Origin: Bacillota bacterium
GTDB taxonomy: Bacteria > Bacillota > Negativicutes > Sporomusales > CTSoil-080
Assembly: GCA_017889725.1 (NCBI GenBank)
Contig: JAGGAE010000003.1
Location: 40,245 to 104,244, forward strand
DNA: 64,000 nucleotides
Direction: 5' to 3'
Part shown: positions 47,215-56,796 of the stretch, piece after piece
Position numbering within the stretch: position 1 is the stretch's first letter
Layout: the number at the start of each line of letters is the position of its first letter
Translations under genes and position numbers: made by a program
Notes under the pieces: model-generated
The model's input: only the letters and a program-made list of their open reading frames with translations
The model's database searches: none
What the model was told of the DNA's origin: nothing

Positions 47215-47877
47215 TCATCGGTTTTTTCGTTTCTTCCACCATAACCAGCCATAGACAGCTACGACCAGCACACACAATAAAATTAGCCTGCTCGTATGTT
47301 GCCCTAAATAAGCCAGATCATGCCCCAAGAGCACTTTAACAACTACCGGCGGCAATTTTCCTATAAAAGTCGCCAATAAAAAATCCCTGACGCTAATCCG
47401 ACTAATCGCTGCAACTGCGGTTATAATCCCAGACGGTGCCAAAGGCAAAAGCCTCGCAATCAAAAGAGCACTAAAACCGTTAGTAGCACTATAATCATCC
47501 ACCTGTTTTAAATATTTGCTGTTAGCAATCCAGCGGGCTACCGTACTACGCATAAAATAGCGAACAAATATAAACGCTACGATGGCCCCGATAAATTCAC
47601 CCATCCAAGAAATAATGATTCCCCAGAATAAGCCATAGACAATCCCGGCTGCCCCGGACAAAATCATAAACGGAAACACAATTGTAAAGGTCATAATCAC
47701 AAAAAGGATCAACGTAACAACAATACCCCATATGCCAAAAGAACGGAGATATTCCGCCAACGCCGGAATATCCCCATGCTCAATAATCGCGTAGGAATGC
47801 TGAAAAAATTCCGGCTGCCACCAGTATGCTAATCCCATTGCCCCTACAATCACGCCCCAGGCTAAAACCTTATTCAT
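47215..47877 (-). CDS. TVP38/TMEM64 (DedA-related) family membrane protein
   Basis: 220 aa, multi-TM, with FPFMILSGAAGIVYG...LIARLLPLAPSGIITAVAAISRISVRDF. Confidence 0.8.
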   Translation of the reverse strand: MNKVLAWGVIVGAMGLAYWWQPEFFQHSYAIIEHGDIPALAEYLRSFGIWGIVVTLILFVIMTFTIVFPFMILSGAAGIVYGLFWGIIISWMGEFIGAIVAFIFVRYFMRSTVARWIANSKYLKQVDDYSATNGFSALLIARLLPLAPSGIITAVAAISRISVRDFLLATFIGKLPPVVVKVLLGHDLAYLGQHTSRLILLCVLVVAVYGWLWWKKRKNR

Positions 47878-47952
47878 AATATTATTTTCCTCTATAACAT
47901 TATTCTTGAGACTAATCTAGCATACTAAATTTATATAAAAAAGGCAACATTT

Positions 47953-47983
47953 ACTAAAGAAAAGCAGCACCAAAGGTGCTGCT
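47953..47983 (-). terminator. Intrinsic terminator after the small Cys protein gene
   Basis: Minus-strand RNA reads AGCAGCACC-UUU-GGUGCUGCU followed by UUUUCUUU. The stop codon lies in the stem. Confidence 0.75.
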
Positions 47984-48185
47984 ACTTAGCATTACTCAGT
48001 TCATCACGGAAAATTTCACAGGAACCACCAAGCCAATGCACACAGTCCGGACATCGCCGAACATAACGATCCGGCGATACATTCAACAAGGAATAACCAT
48101 ACCCCATCGCGCTGATAATATGCTCAAATTCCATACATTCCTCCGCAATGTGTTGCACCTCAGCCTCGGTATAACCTTTTTCCAT
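47982..48185 (-). CDS. Small Cys-containing hypothetical protein downstream of recG
   Basis: 67 aa with SD GGGGTGGTG and the motif CPDCVHWLGGSC. Confidence 0.5.
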   Translation of the reverse strand: MEKGYTEAEVQHIAEECMEFEHIISAMGYGYSLLNVSPDRYVRRCPDCVHWLGGSCEIFRDELSNAK

Positions 48186-48272
48186 TCCAACACCACCCCA
48201 GTTTTCATATATAAATATTGTATCCTATTTTCAGGAAACAATAACCGAAAAATTGCAGTAGTGTGTGCAACG

Positions 48273-50321
48273 CTAGTTATTAAAAATCATGCCAAAATAA
48301 TCACCGAACCGTTCCGTTAAAAGCGGTTGAACCTGTAAAAAATGTTCTTTATCCGCTACCGTCTTTTGCGCAGCCTGCCTGGCCTTAAGCAAGATTCCGG
48401 TGTCTCGGACAATGTCGGCTATCTTCAAATCAGGCAGTCCATGCTGTCTTACACCAAAGAACTGACCCGGACCACGCAAAATAAGATCCTTCTCCGCGAG
48501 TTCAAAACCGTCGTCGACTTTCACCATAATATCTAACCGTTCTTTTGTTTCCGGGTTTTGATTGTCTGATAACAGAATACAATAGGATTGATGCTCCCCC
48601 CTGCCGATTCGTCCTCGCAATTGATGAAGCTGCGCTAAACCAAAACGCTCCGCTCCTTCAATCACCATAACACTGGCGTTGGGTACATTAACGCCAACTT
48701 CAATGACCGTAGTTGCTACCAGAACTTTTGTTTCGCCGCTATAAAAGGCATTCATAATTATATCTTTTTCCTGCGACTTCATTTTGCCGTGAACCAGACC
48801 ACAGGGAATGTCTTTAAAATACGTGGTTTTTAGCTGCTCATACATTTGAACAGCTGCTTTCGCTTCCATTTTTTCCGATTCTTCCACCAGAGGACATACA
48901 ACATAGGCTTGCCGTCCGGCCTTTATTTCCTTCTCAATAAAAGTATAAATTCTCTGTCGCATCTCACTCCCCACCGCATAGGTCTTAATCGGCTTACGTC
49001 CAGGCGGGAGTTGTCGGATAACCGAAACATCTAAATCTCCGTAAACTGTAAGTGCCATAGTTCTTGGTATGGGCGTTGCCGTCATTACTAAAACATCGGG
49101 CATCTGCCCCTTCGCTTGAAACAAGGCCCGCTGACGTACACCGAAACGGTGCTGCTCATCTGTTACTACTAGTCCTAGACAATTAAACTCAACATCTTCC
49201 TGAATCAGAGCGTGTGTTCCCACAACAATATCCACAAGTCCGTCTTTAATTCTCGCTAATACTTCCTGTCGGGTACGCCGCGTCAATTTCCCAGTCAATA
49301 CAGCCAGACGGATACCAAAAGGCGCCAATAGTTGGGCTAACGTATGATAGTGCTGCTCTGCCAAAATTTCTGTAGGTGCCATCATGGCTCCCTGATACCC
49401 GTTTTCGACCGTTTTTGCCAGTGCTATGGCGGCAAGCACAGTTTTACCTGAACCTACATCTCCCTGAATCAGGCGCTGCATTACGGTAGTATCTTCCATG
49501 TCGACTTTAATATCGCTAAGAGCCGCTTTTTGATCCTGAGTAAGTGAAAAAGGCAACGCCGCCGTCAGCTTTGCTAGCAACGGTCCGTCAGTACTGTGTT
49601 TTATTCCTTGGCTGGTTTGCTGATTCTTTCTTTTAAGCCACAATAAACCACACTGAAGTAAATATAGTTCTTCGAAAACCAGTCGTCGTCTGGCGGCCTC
49701 CAACAGCTTTTCCGATTCTGGAAAATGCACAAGCTTCAAAGCCATTGACCTATCAATTAAATCAAACTCGCTGACTATATTGGGAGGAATAAACTCACGA
49801 ATATCAGTATATTCTTCTAACACTTGATAGATTAACGACCGAAGCCATCTTTGCCCAACATTTTCGCTGGCTGAATAAATAGGTACAATTCGACCTGTAT
49901 GCAAAAGATCGGACCCATCCAGAACTTCTACTTCCGCATGAGAAATCTGTACCTGCCCAAATTTGCGTTCCACTTTTCCAGAAACAATAAGATTCAACCC
50001 TGGCTTAAACCACTTTTTCACATAAGGTTGGTTAAACCATACCAGCTGGGCAAAACCCGTCGTATCTTTCACCGTTATTTTTGTTAAGGTAAGGCCGCGC
50101 CTTGGCTTAGTTTCCTGACTGCTGACCGTAACCGCCAGGAATGTACTCACTCCATTAGCAGGTAAATCACGGATAGAGTCAAGCTGGCTACGATCTTCAT
50201 ATCGTCTGGGATAATGCTCCAATAATTGTCCAATTGTAAATATGTTAAGTTTAGCTAGTAAGTTTGCCTTAACCGGGCCAACACCTTTTGCATATTTTAT
50301 ATTTGTTGACCAATGAACCAA
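48273..50321 (-). CDS. recG: ATP-dependent DNA helicase RecG
   Basis: 682 aa with a wedge domain, GDVGSGKT, DEQHRFGV, and QLHQLRGRIGRG. TTG start with GGGGTGA 6 nt upstream. Confidence 0.95.
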   Translation of the reverse strand: MVHWSTNIKYAKGVGPVKANLLAKLNIFTIGQLLEHYPRRYEDRSQLDSIRDLPANGVSTFLAVTVSSQETKPRRGLTLTKITVKDTTGFAQLVWFNQPYVKKWFKPGLNLIVSGKVERKFGQVQISHAEVEVLDGSDLLHTGRIVPIYSASENVGQRWLRSLIYQVLEEYTDIREFIPPNIVSEFDLIDRSMALKLVHFPESEKLLEAARRRLVFEELYLLQCGLLWLKRKNQQTSQGIKHSTDGPLLAKLTAALPFSLTQDQKAALSDIKVDMEDTTVMQRLIQGDVGSGKTVLAAIALAKTVENGYQGAMMAPTEILAEQHYHTLAQLLAPFGIRLAVLTGKLTRRTRQEVLARIKDGLVDIVVGTHALIQEDVEFNCLGLVVTDEQHRFGVRQRALFQAKGQMPDVLVMTATPIPRTMALTVYGDLDVSVIRQLPPGRKPIKTYAVGSEMRQRIYTFIEKEIKAGRQAYVVCPLVEESEKMEAKAAVQMYEQLKTTYFKDIPCGLVHGKMKSQEKDIIMNAFYSGETKVLVATTVIEVGVNVPNASVMVIEGAERFGLAQLHQLRGRIGRGEHQSYCILLSDNQNPETKERLDIMVKVDDGFELAEKDLILRGPGQFFGVRQHGLPDLKIADIVRDTGILLKARQAAQKTVADKEHFLQVQPLLTERFGDYFGMIFNN

Positions 50322-50368
50322 ATGTTTTCACCCCAAAAGTAACTCAAATAAACACAACTATGCACACT

Positions 50369-50560
50369 CTATTCGGCATTTAACAATTTCAATAGTTCTT
50401 CTACGTTAACCGCATGGGCGCGCGCCGCACTGTCAACCGTTTCCGTTGCTGATCCCATACAACCAATGCAATTCATGCCATAATCCGCAAAAATTTTCCG
50501 CGCCTTAGGAGAAATATGCAGTACTTCTAAAACTGGAGTGTCTTTTGTAATCAAATGCAT
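50369..50560 (-). CDS. DUF1858 / hybrid-cluster-protein-associated redox disulfide domain protein
   Basis: 63 aa reading ITKDTPVLEVL...FADYGMNCIGCMGSATETVDSAARAHAVNVEELLKLLN. Confidence 0.7.
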   Translation of the reverse strand: MHLITKDTPVLEVLHISPKARKIFADYGMNCIGCMGSATETVDSAARAHAVNVEELLKLLNAE

Positions 50561-50766
50561 CAGCCTCCTCCTGCAGTTATCTTCTCATTTCCATATTTAT
50601 GCCGAAACTCCTGCCTGCGTGCCATGTATACTAGTTGTCAGCAGCAATTTTTCTTTCGATACCGAATATTATCCATCTTACGCTTGCATCCTGATATTCT
50701 ATATGGTAGAATATCAATGTTATTGTGGCAAGGGTTTCTTGTCCTTCGTCAAAGGAGGTGGAATAA

Positions 50767-50958
50767 ATGGCCAATGTTTGTTCAGTTTGTGGCAAAGGAG
50801 AACGTAGCGGATTTAACGTCAGCCACTCGCACTTAAAAACCAAACGCACTTGGAAGCCTAACATTCAAAGGGTAAAAGCCTTGGTAGAAGGTGAAATAAA
50901 GAAAATCAATATTTGTACCCGGTGTCTTCGCTCCGGTAAAGTACATCGAGCAGTGTAG
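50767..50958 (+). CDS. rpmB: 50S ribosomal protein L28
   Basis: 63 aa reading MANVCSVCGKGERSGFNVSHSHLKTKRTWKPNIQRVK. The SD is AAAGGAGGTGG. Confidence 0.96.
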   Translation: MANVCSVCGKGERSGFNVSHSHLKTKRTWKPNIQRVKALVEGEIKKINICTRCLRSGKVHRAV

Positions 50959-50963
50959 TGGTT

Positions 50964-51002
50964 AACACGGTATGAAGCGTATGCTTTATACCGTGTTTTT
51001 TT
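50964..51002 (+). terminator. Intrinsic terminator after rpmB
   Basis: AACACGGTAT-(13 nt)-ATACCGTGTT followed by TTTTT. Confidence 0.8.
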
Positions 51003-51131
51003 CGCTTCCATTAAAATCGCTTAATTTGAATACAAATGTCTGCTTTTATTAAGTATCCTTTCCTTAACAGTAGTGCTTTTAGGGGTTCTAAAAAGGTAGC
51101 AAGTCTTCTGACCGCCACCTTTTTTCGCCTA

Positions 51132-51931
51132 TTACTCTTTTGCCTGCTCGGCTTCATTTAACAACTCCACAAGCCGTTCCTGACCAATATGATATTTTTC
51201 ACCACAAAAATGACAAGTAATTTCCAACAGTGGCAATAAAACGTAAGCGGCGATGCTTCAAAAATATTCGCCGGTAGTCCTGCAAAAATCTTTTGGAGAA
51301 TGGCAGTGGCATCATTTCCCTGACTAACTAATTCAGATATGGGCGGCATAGCCATTAGGTTCTTTTCTACTGCTTCAAGTACATTTTCTTCGGCCCCAGG
51401 CATAGCCTGGACAAAATATCCGCCTGCAGCCTCAACGGTAAGGTCAGGTTTAACTAAAACCCCTAACCCAACAGTTGACTGCATCTGCTCTGATACCAAG
51501 AGATAATTCGCCACATCTTCGGCAATTTCACCACTAACCAAAGGAGCACTGCCTGTAAAAGGTTGATTAGCCCCATTAAACCGACTAACAAAAATATTCC
51601 CGGCTCCTACCGCACTGCCAACACCAAGCTTTCCCTCTTTCAGCAGCAGCTCAACATGAGGGTTTTCTACATATCCGCGAACCGTTCCCTGCGAACCGGC
51701 ATCCGCTACGATTTTTCCCAATGGACCGTCCCCTGAAATACGCATGGTAATGGCTGCATCTGTTTTTAAGTCCGCTGCCAATAAAAGTGCTGCCGTCATA
51801 GTCCGCCCCAAGGCTGCCGTTGCGACAGGATAGCAATCATGCCGCCGTCGCGCTTCTTCTACTAAATCAGTAGTAACGGCCGCGAAAGCCCGTACTCCAG
51901 AATAAGTTGCTTTTGCTAAATGGTCTGTCAT
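51132..51931 (-). pseudogene. hslO: Hsp33 redox chaperone gene carrying an internal deletion plus frameshift between the CxC and CxxC zinc motifs
   Basis: From ATG 51931 the protein is a normal Hsp33 up to FYCHC (codons end at 51227). It then reads out-of-frame junk WKLLVIFVVKNIILVRNGLWSC* ending at 51158. Two nt after CHC the +1 frame reads EITCHFCGEKYHIGQERLVELLNEAEQAKE* (stop 51132-51134). The span of 800 nt is not a multiple of 3. Confidence 0.7.
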
Positions 51932-52057
51932 AAATCCTCCTGTATATCTGGCTGTTTTTAGTATAAAACTTGTGGTCAGCAAAGTAAAGCACCTGGAAAA
52001 TAAGCCTTACTTAAACAAAAACTGCCTTGGCGTAACCACCAAGACAGTTTTGTATTA

Positions 52058-53356
52058 TTATGCTGATTGTTGCTTATAGGCTGCCTCAATAGCCGATCGA
52101 CGATCTTTCGAAAGCATAGCCGCGATAATTCCGAGTACACTTACTATTGCAACAATCGCGAATGAAACATGATATGTTCCTGTTGAACTTAATGCATATG
52201 ATCCAAGCATAACCCCAAAAGCCCCAATAAAGTTACTAATACTGGTCCACGTAGCAGACACTTTTCCAATAACGTCCGGTGAAAAACTTTTTATTGCAAA
52301 ATACTGGTTCCCTACTGCAGTAAAAGGATTAACAAAGCCGGCCGCCAATAACCAAAAACTGAGTATTGTGGGATTACCGTAAATCGGCTGACACAGAATC
52401 CCGTTAAAGAAAATTAGATTACAAATAAAACCTACGATAATGAGAATTCCTGATTTTCCTTTAAACACTTTATCAATAACAATTCCGCCAATAAAGATAC
52501 CTAAAAGTACACCAACCCACGTGCCTGATGAAAATTGACCCGCAACTTCTGGTCCGTACCCTACACCGACTGGCGGATCGACAGCCAGGTATCCGGGGCT
52601 AAGATCATTAAATGCATTATTAGCCCAGTTGCTTAGCGCCATAACCGCTAACCCCAGCCAAAATGCTTGATTTCCTTTAATAAATTTCCAAAAATTATCT
52701 TCGCCAGTTGACTTAGAAGCTACCGATGCATCCGACTGCGTTACCACTTGATATTTTCCAACATTAGCAGCCACACCCAACATAAATATTAAACCCAAAA
52801 CTAAAATTCCCGATAGCCAGGCCATACCCATTTGCCAGCTTCCGGCCATTTGGGCAAAAGAAGGGCCAAGGATAAACCCACAAATGGCACCTAACATAGT
52901 AAGAGCATTTAACCCCAAAGCCAATCCTCGTTCTTTTTCGGGAAACCAAATCGATACCACCGGATTAATCGCTATTAGGCCGACTGATCCGCCTAAGGCA
53001 ATAAGTACCCGGATAAACACCACGCCTTCAAAACTATGGCCTAAAAAAAGATAAGAAGTATTTGCAATAATAAGCAATACCATACTTCCTAGCATTACTT
53101 TAAAAATACCTAATTTATCCAGGAGATACCCTGCAATAATTACCCCTACAGCACCCGAGAATATATTTAATCCCATAATTCCAAATGAGGCTGTACCGAT
53201 ATCCACCCCAAGATCTTTAGCAATTACCCCCATCAGAGGAGCAACCGCCAACCCCGTCATCATTGAAAAAAACATCATTAATATTGCACTTGCCAATACA
53301 AACCATCTAAAAACAGGATACTTAGCCGGCTTGTTTACTGTCGCTTCCATACTCAT
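52058..53356 (-). CDS. MFS transporter
   Basis: 432 aa from ATG 53356 (AAAGGAAG SD) with about 12 hydrophobic helices. Confidence 0.8.
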   Translation of the reverse strand: MSMEATVNKPAKYPVFRWFVLASAILMMFFSMMTGLAVAPLMGVIAKDLGVDIGTASFGIMGLNIFSGAVGVIIAGYLLDKLGIFKVMLGSMVLLIIANTSYLFLGHSFEGVVFIRVLIALGGSVGLIAINPVVSIWFPEKERGLALGLNALTMLGAICGFILGPSFAQMAGSWQMGMAWLSGILVLGLIFMLGVAANVGKYQVVTQSDASVASKSTGEDNFWKFIKGNQAFWLGLAVMALSNWANNAFNDLSPGYLAVDPPVGVGYGPEVAGQFSSGTWVGVLLGIFIGGIVIDKVFKGKSGILIIVGFICNLIFFNGILCQPIYGNPTILSFWLLAAGFVNPFTAVGNQYFAIKSFSPDVIGKVSATWTSISNFIGAFGVMLGSYALSSTGTYHVSFAIVAIVSVLGIIAAMLSKDRRSAIEAAYKQQSA

Positions 53357-53443
53357 CTCAACTTCCTTTCGTTCGTTACATACTTTCCTGTCACATATAT
53401 GCCGCATATTCATATACTTATCCTTGCGCAAGATGAGCATAAC

Positions 53444-54008
53444 TCATACATAGCCTAGAGTAAGACAGCCAAAAGCATTGTGAGCTTTTGGCTGTTCCAT
53501 CATCATATTATCGAGTTGAAATATATCCTCGATATTGCTAGAGATGATCAGATTCCGGACGGTCCAGAAGAAACTCGCAATAGAAATTTTTATACGGCTC
53601 CAGATAAGGGAATTGATTCCATTAAGCCCAAGACGGTTTTGTGAATTTGTGAGCATTTTCAACCATAGCTTGTACCACGCTTTACTGCTATCAAGCCAGA
53701 TTTCGGCTACCCGTTGGAACGAACCGGTATTAGGCGCGTCTAATACCTTGCTGGTAAAAAACCGGTTTACTTCTGGACAAGCAGCAATTTCCGGAGCCAA
53801 CATATTCAAGAACCATTCGCCCCTTGCTTCCTGAAAATACAATTAACCAGCAGTAGTTCGGTTCATCTTCAATAGTAAGTTGACTGCCTTTAAAATCGTG
53901 TTCCCAGAAAATCGGCATAAATACAAACACGATAGGATGATAGCCGTCACGGGTTCCCTGCCAACGAGGGTTACGGCCATGCTCGCTTGGCGGCTGATTG
54001 GTAATCAA
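53444..54008 (-). pseudogene. Disrupted gene: two overlapping ORFs in different frames (EthD-like dimeric alpha/beta-barrel is a guess)
   Basis: ORF A (54008-53730, TTG start, AAGGAGG SD) reads plausibly to ...EDEPNYCWLI. ORF B (53842-53444) continues with YFQEARGEWFLNMLAPEIAACPEVNRFF...FQRVAEIWLDSSKAW. Both turn junk-like outside the overlap. Confidence 0.35.
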
Positions 54009-54107
54009 AACGCCTCCTTATATGTATAACCAGTAATGTGTCAAAAGTTTACTGCGCTTAGCATTGGCCATGTACCGTAAACCAACCGGGCAATAACTTC
54101 TATGTTC

Positions 54108-54539
54108 CTAAACCGGTTTTTGGATAAGCTCGATAAGATTTCCGGTATTATCCCGGATAAACGACACTAAGTCACCTTCCATAGGGAAAACATCCATAGC
54201 AATGTCAACATTTTTAGATTTTAAATCTTCCATTAGCGAACGAAGATCTTGTACTCGATAAGCAACATGCTTAGTGCCATGAGTGCGGATGTCAAGATTA
54301 GGCGTCCGACGGTCTTCCGGCAGCGTTGCCGCCCCTTCCACAACAAACAACTCGATACTGAAATCGCCAAGTTCCATAAAAGCAATTCTGGCTGGAAGCT
54401 GGGGAATAAATTTGTCTGAAACCAGTTTAAAGCCAAACATTTTTTGATACCAAGCGATGGAAGCCTCCATATCGGCAACGCTGATACCTTGATGCAACGG
54501 TTTGATTACAGGCTCTTGATTTTTATCTACTTGAGTCAT
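54108..54539 (-). CDS. VOC-family (glyoxalase/bleomycin-resistance/dioxygenase) protein
   Basis: 143 aa with HQGISVADMEASIAWYQKMFGF...HVAYRV. The SD is GAGGAGGAG. Confidence 0.8.
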   Translation of the reverse strand: MTQVDKNQEPVIKPLHQGISVADMEASIAWYQKMFGFKLVSDKFIPQLPARIAFMELGDFSIELFVVEGAATLPEDRRTPNLDIRTHGTKHVAYRVQDLRSLMEDLKSKNVDIAMDVFPMEGDLVSFIRDNTGNLIELIQKPV

Positions 54540-54608
54540 TGAAATAACTCCTCCTCTTCTATTTGAGCTATGTGCCCTAACCCCATTATTGATGAGGTTA
54601 TTATTTTT

Positions 54609-54707
54609 TCAATTTATGCTGCTCACTATGTAAAGCAGATGAGACTTTGATTTCGGAATATCAACAAGCTCCAAATTTCTCGGACCATGATACTGTATAG
54701 CCCTCAT
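54609..54707 (-). pseudogene. 32-codon stub of a zinc-type (MDR) alcohol dehydrogenase N-terminus
   Basis: GGAAGGAGG lies 5 nt upstream of the ATG at 54707. The translation is MRAIQYHGPRNLELVDIPKSKSHLLYIVSSIN*. The first about 19 residues look like a typical MDR-ADH N-terminus and the rest of the gene is absent. Confidence 0.5.
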
Positions 54708-54956
54708 GAAAACCTCCTTCCACAAATCACCGAGCATTAAACGGCAAATTTTAAAATTTCTGTATATTATAATATACCTTTAATTACTTATTTGGAAATA
54801 TTTTTTTGTTCTAACATCTATAATCATTTGTTACCAATTCCGATTATTGCCATCATTATGAAGAATATGATCTTTCGAAATCTACTTTAAATATGATTGT
54901 AAGAAATAAAATACCGTACTATAATATTAAAGTAGTGAACTAAACAAGGAGTATTT

Positions 54957-55835
54957 ATGGACATACAGCAATTACGAAATTTCATCTCTGTTGCTGAGCA
55001 TTTAAATTTTTCTGCGGCAGCTAAAGAATTACATATTAGTCAACCAGCTTTGAGCAAACAAATTACAGATTTAGAAAGTCAGACAGGCCTTCGCCTGTTT
55101 ATCCGCAACACACGCAGCGTAGAATTAACGGTCGCTGGGGCTGCCCTATTAGAAAAAGCAGTTTCTATTGTCGCCAGATCTGAAGCGGCTATTAACAAGG
55201 CTAGACTCGCAGCCAAAGGCACCGTTGGGCATTTGCATATCGGATACATTGGATTTTTTAATACGTTTTTGCCTGATTTCATAAAAGATTTTCGTTCCTT
55301 GTTTCCCAATTGCGATATCAGTTTCTCTCAATTGGACTGGGGAGCGCTTAATCAGGCAGTAATAGACGACCAAATTGATATTGCTTTAACGCCGTCGTAT
55401 GGACTAGAAACCCTCACGGGAATTAGTTATGTACTAAATAGTCAGCCTTATCCCCTTTGCGCTATTGTACCTCAGGAGCATCCTTTAGCGAAAAAATCTT
55501 CCCTTCACATAGCTGACCTTAAGGACCAATCCTTGGTTATGCTGGCCCGTTCCAAAAATCCTCTCTCTGCTATACACACTCGCCAGCTTTTCCTCTCCAA
55601 CGGCTTTATTCCCAATGTAGTTGCAACCGCTACACAAATAGAATCTTTACTTTTAATGGTCGCAACAGGAATAGGAATTACAATTCAATCCCGTCTTTGC
55701 GAAAACTACGGGATTGGCAATCTTAAATTCCTTGAGCTGGAAGATTGCCCTGAATGTTGTTATAGAGCGGTTGTGTGGAAGACAACCAATTCTAACCCGC
55801 TCATTCCCCAATTTATCAGCACAATTGAAAAATGA
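54957..55835 (+). CDS. LysR-family transcriptional regulator (paralog 1)
   Basis: 292 aa with the HTH region MDIQQLRNFISVAEHLNFSAAAKELHISQPALSKQITDLE. It is divergent from the VOC/MFS locus. Confidence 0.9.
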   Translation: MDIQQLRNFISVAEHLNFSAAAKELHISQPALSKQITDLESQTGLRLFIRNTRSVELTVAGAALLEKAVSIVARSEAAINKARLAAKGTVGHLHIGYIGFFNTFLPDFIKDFRSLFPNCDISFSQLDWGALNQAVIDDQIDIALTPSYGLETLTGISYVLNSQPYPLCAIVPQEHPLAKKSSLHIADLKDQSLVMLARSKNPLSAIHTRQLFLSNGFIPNVVATATQIESLLLMVATGIGITIQSRLCENYGIGNLKFLELEDCPECCYRAVVWKTTNSNPLIPQFISTIEK

Positions 55836-55892
55836 TAATTAGCCTGCTTTTTCCAACCTCAATACAATTAACCCTAATTTTAAGGAGATACT

Positions 55893-56792
55893 ATGAATAT
55901 CAAGCAATTGCAATACTTCATATCTGCCGCTGAGTATTCGAACTTTTCTATCGCTGCAAAAAATCTCAATATCACACAACCGGCTCTTAGTAAGCAAATT
56001 GCTGACTTAGAATCTCAGGTCGGGTTGAAGCTGTTTGACCGCAACACCCGTTGGGTTAAACTTACGGCTGCCGGGGCCGAATTTTTAAAAGAATCCATCG
56101 CGCTGATTAATGAAACCGAAAGCGCGATAAATTATGCCCGCCTTGTTGACATCGGCAATATTGGCAGTTTATCAATCGGGTTTCTAGGTCCTTTTGAACG
56201 GGAAGAATTGCCCAGTCTCGTAAACAACTTTCACCACGAATACCCACAAGCTAGCTTATCTTTTACCAAACTTAGCTGGGGTTCCCTCACTGAGGCTTTA
56301 GAAAATGGAAAAATTGATGTAGTTTTTACCATGACCCAGGGACTTCATGACTTACCAGGTATTTCGTTCCAACTCAGCCAAAACTTTTATCCCTTATCAG
56401 TTATCGTCCCTGATAATCACCCTTTAGCTCATAAATCAAAGCTTCACATTTCCGAACTTGCTGACGAACCCTTTATCATACTTTCGCGTTCTGAGTGCCC
56501 TCAAGCCTATGAACATATGCGGCACTTGTGTATATCCAATGGTTTTTATCCTAATATAGTAGCTTCTGTTCCACTGCTCGAAACCCTATTAGTAATGGTC
56601 GCCACGGGCATGGGTATTGCCATTCAGACAAAACATGTCAAATCCTACGCGCATCCAAGTCTGCAGTTTATTGATTTGGAAGGCTGTTCCTTCGTTAACG
56701 GATATGCGGTAGCGTGGAAAACCAATAATCCAAATCCCCTAATTCCATCGTTCGTCAAGTCTTTAAAAGACCAAAAGTTTCTCATTAGTTAA
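55893..56792 (+). CDS. LysR-family transcriptional regulator (paralog 2)
   Basis: 299 aa reading MNIKQLQYFISAAEYSNFSIAAKNLNITQPALSKQIADLE. It is collinear with paralog 1 over the full length. Confidence 0.9.
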   Translation: MNIKQLQYFISAAEYSNFSIAAKNLNITQPALSKQIADLESQVGLKLFDRNTRWVKLTAAGAEFLKESIALINETESAINYARLVDIGNIGSLSIGFLGPFEREELPSLVNNFHHEYPQASLSFTKLSWGSLTEALENGKIDVVFTMTQGLHDLPGISFQLSQNFYPLSVIVPDNHPLAHKSKLHISELADEPFIILSRSECPQAYEHMRHLCISNGFYPNIVASVPLLETLLVMVATGMGIAIQTKHVKSYAHPSLQFIDLEGCSFVNGYAVAWKTNNPNPLIPSFVKSLKDQKFLIS

Positions 56793-56796
56793 CCTC

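Noticed and set aside
51036-51161. 41-codon plus-strand ORF next to rpmB, considered as a spoVM-like small gene
   Set aside because: It has no SD, bears no resemblance to SpoVM, and overlaps the hslO 3' region and its terminator.
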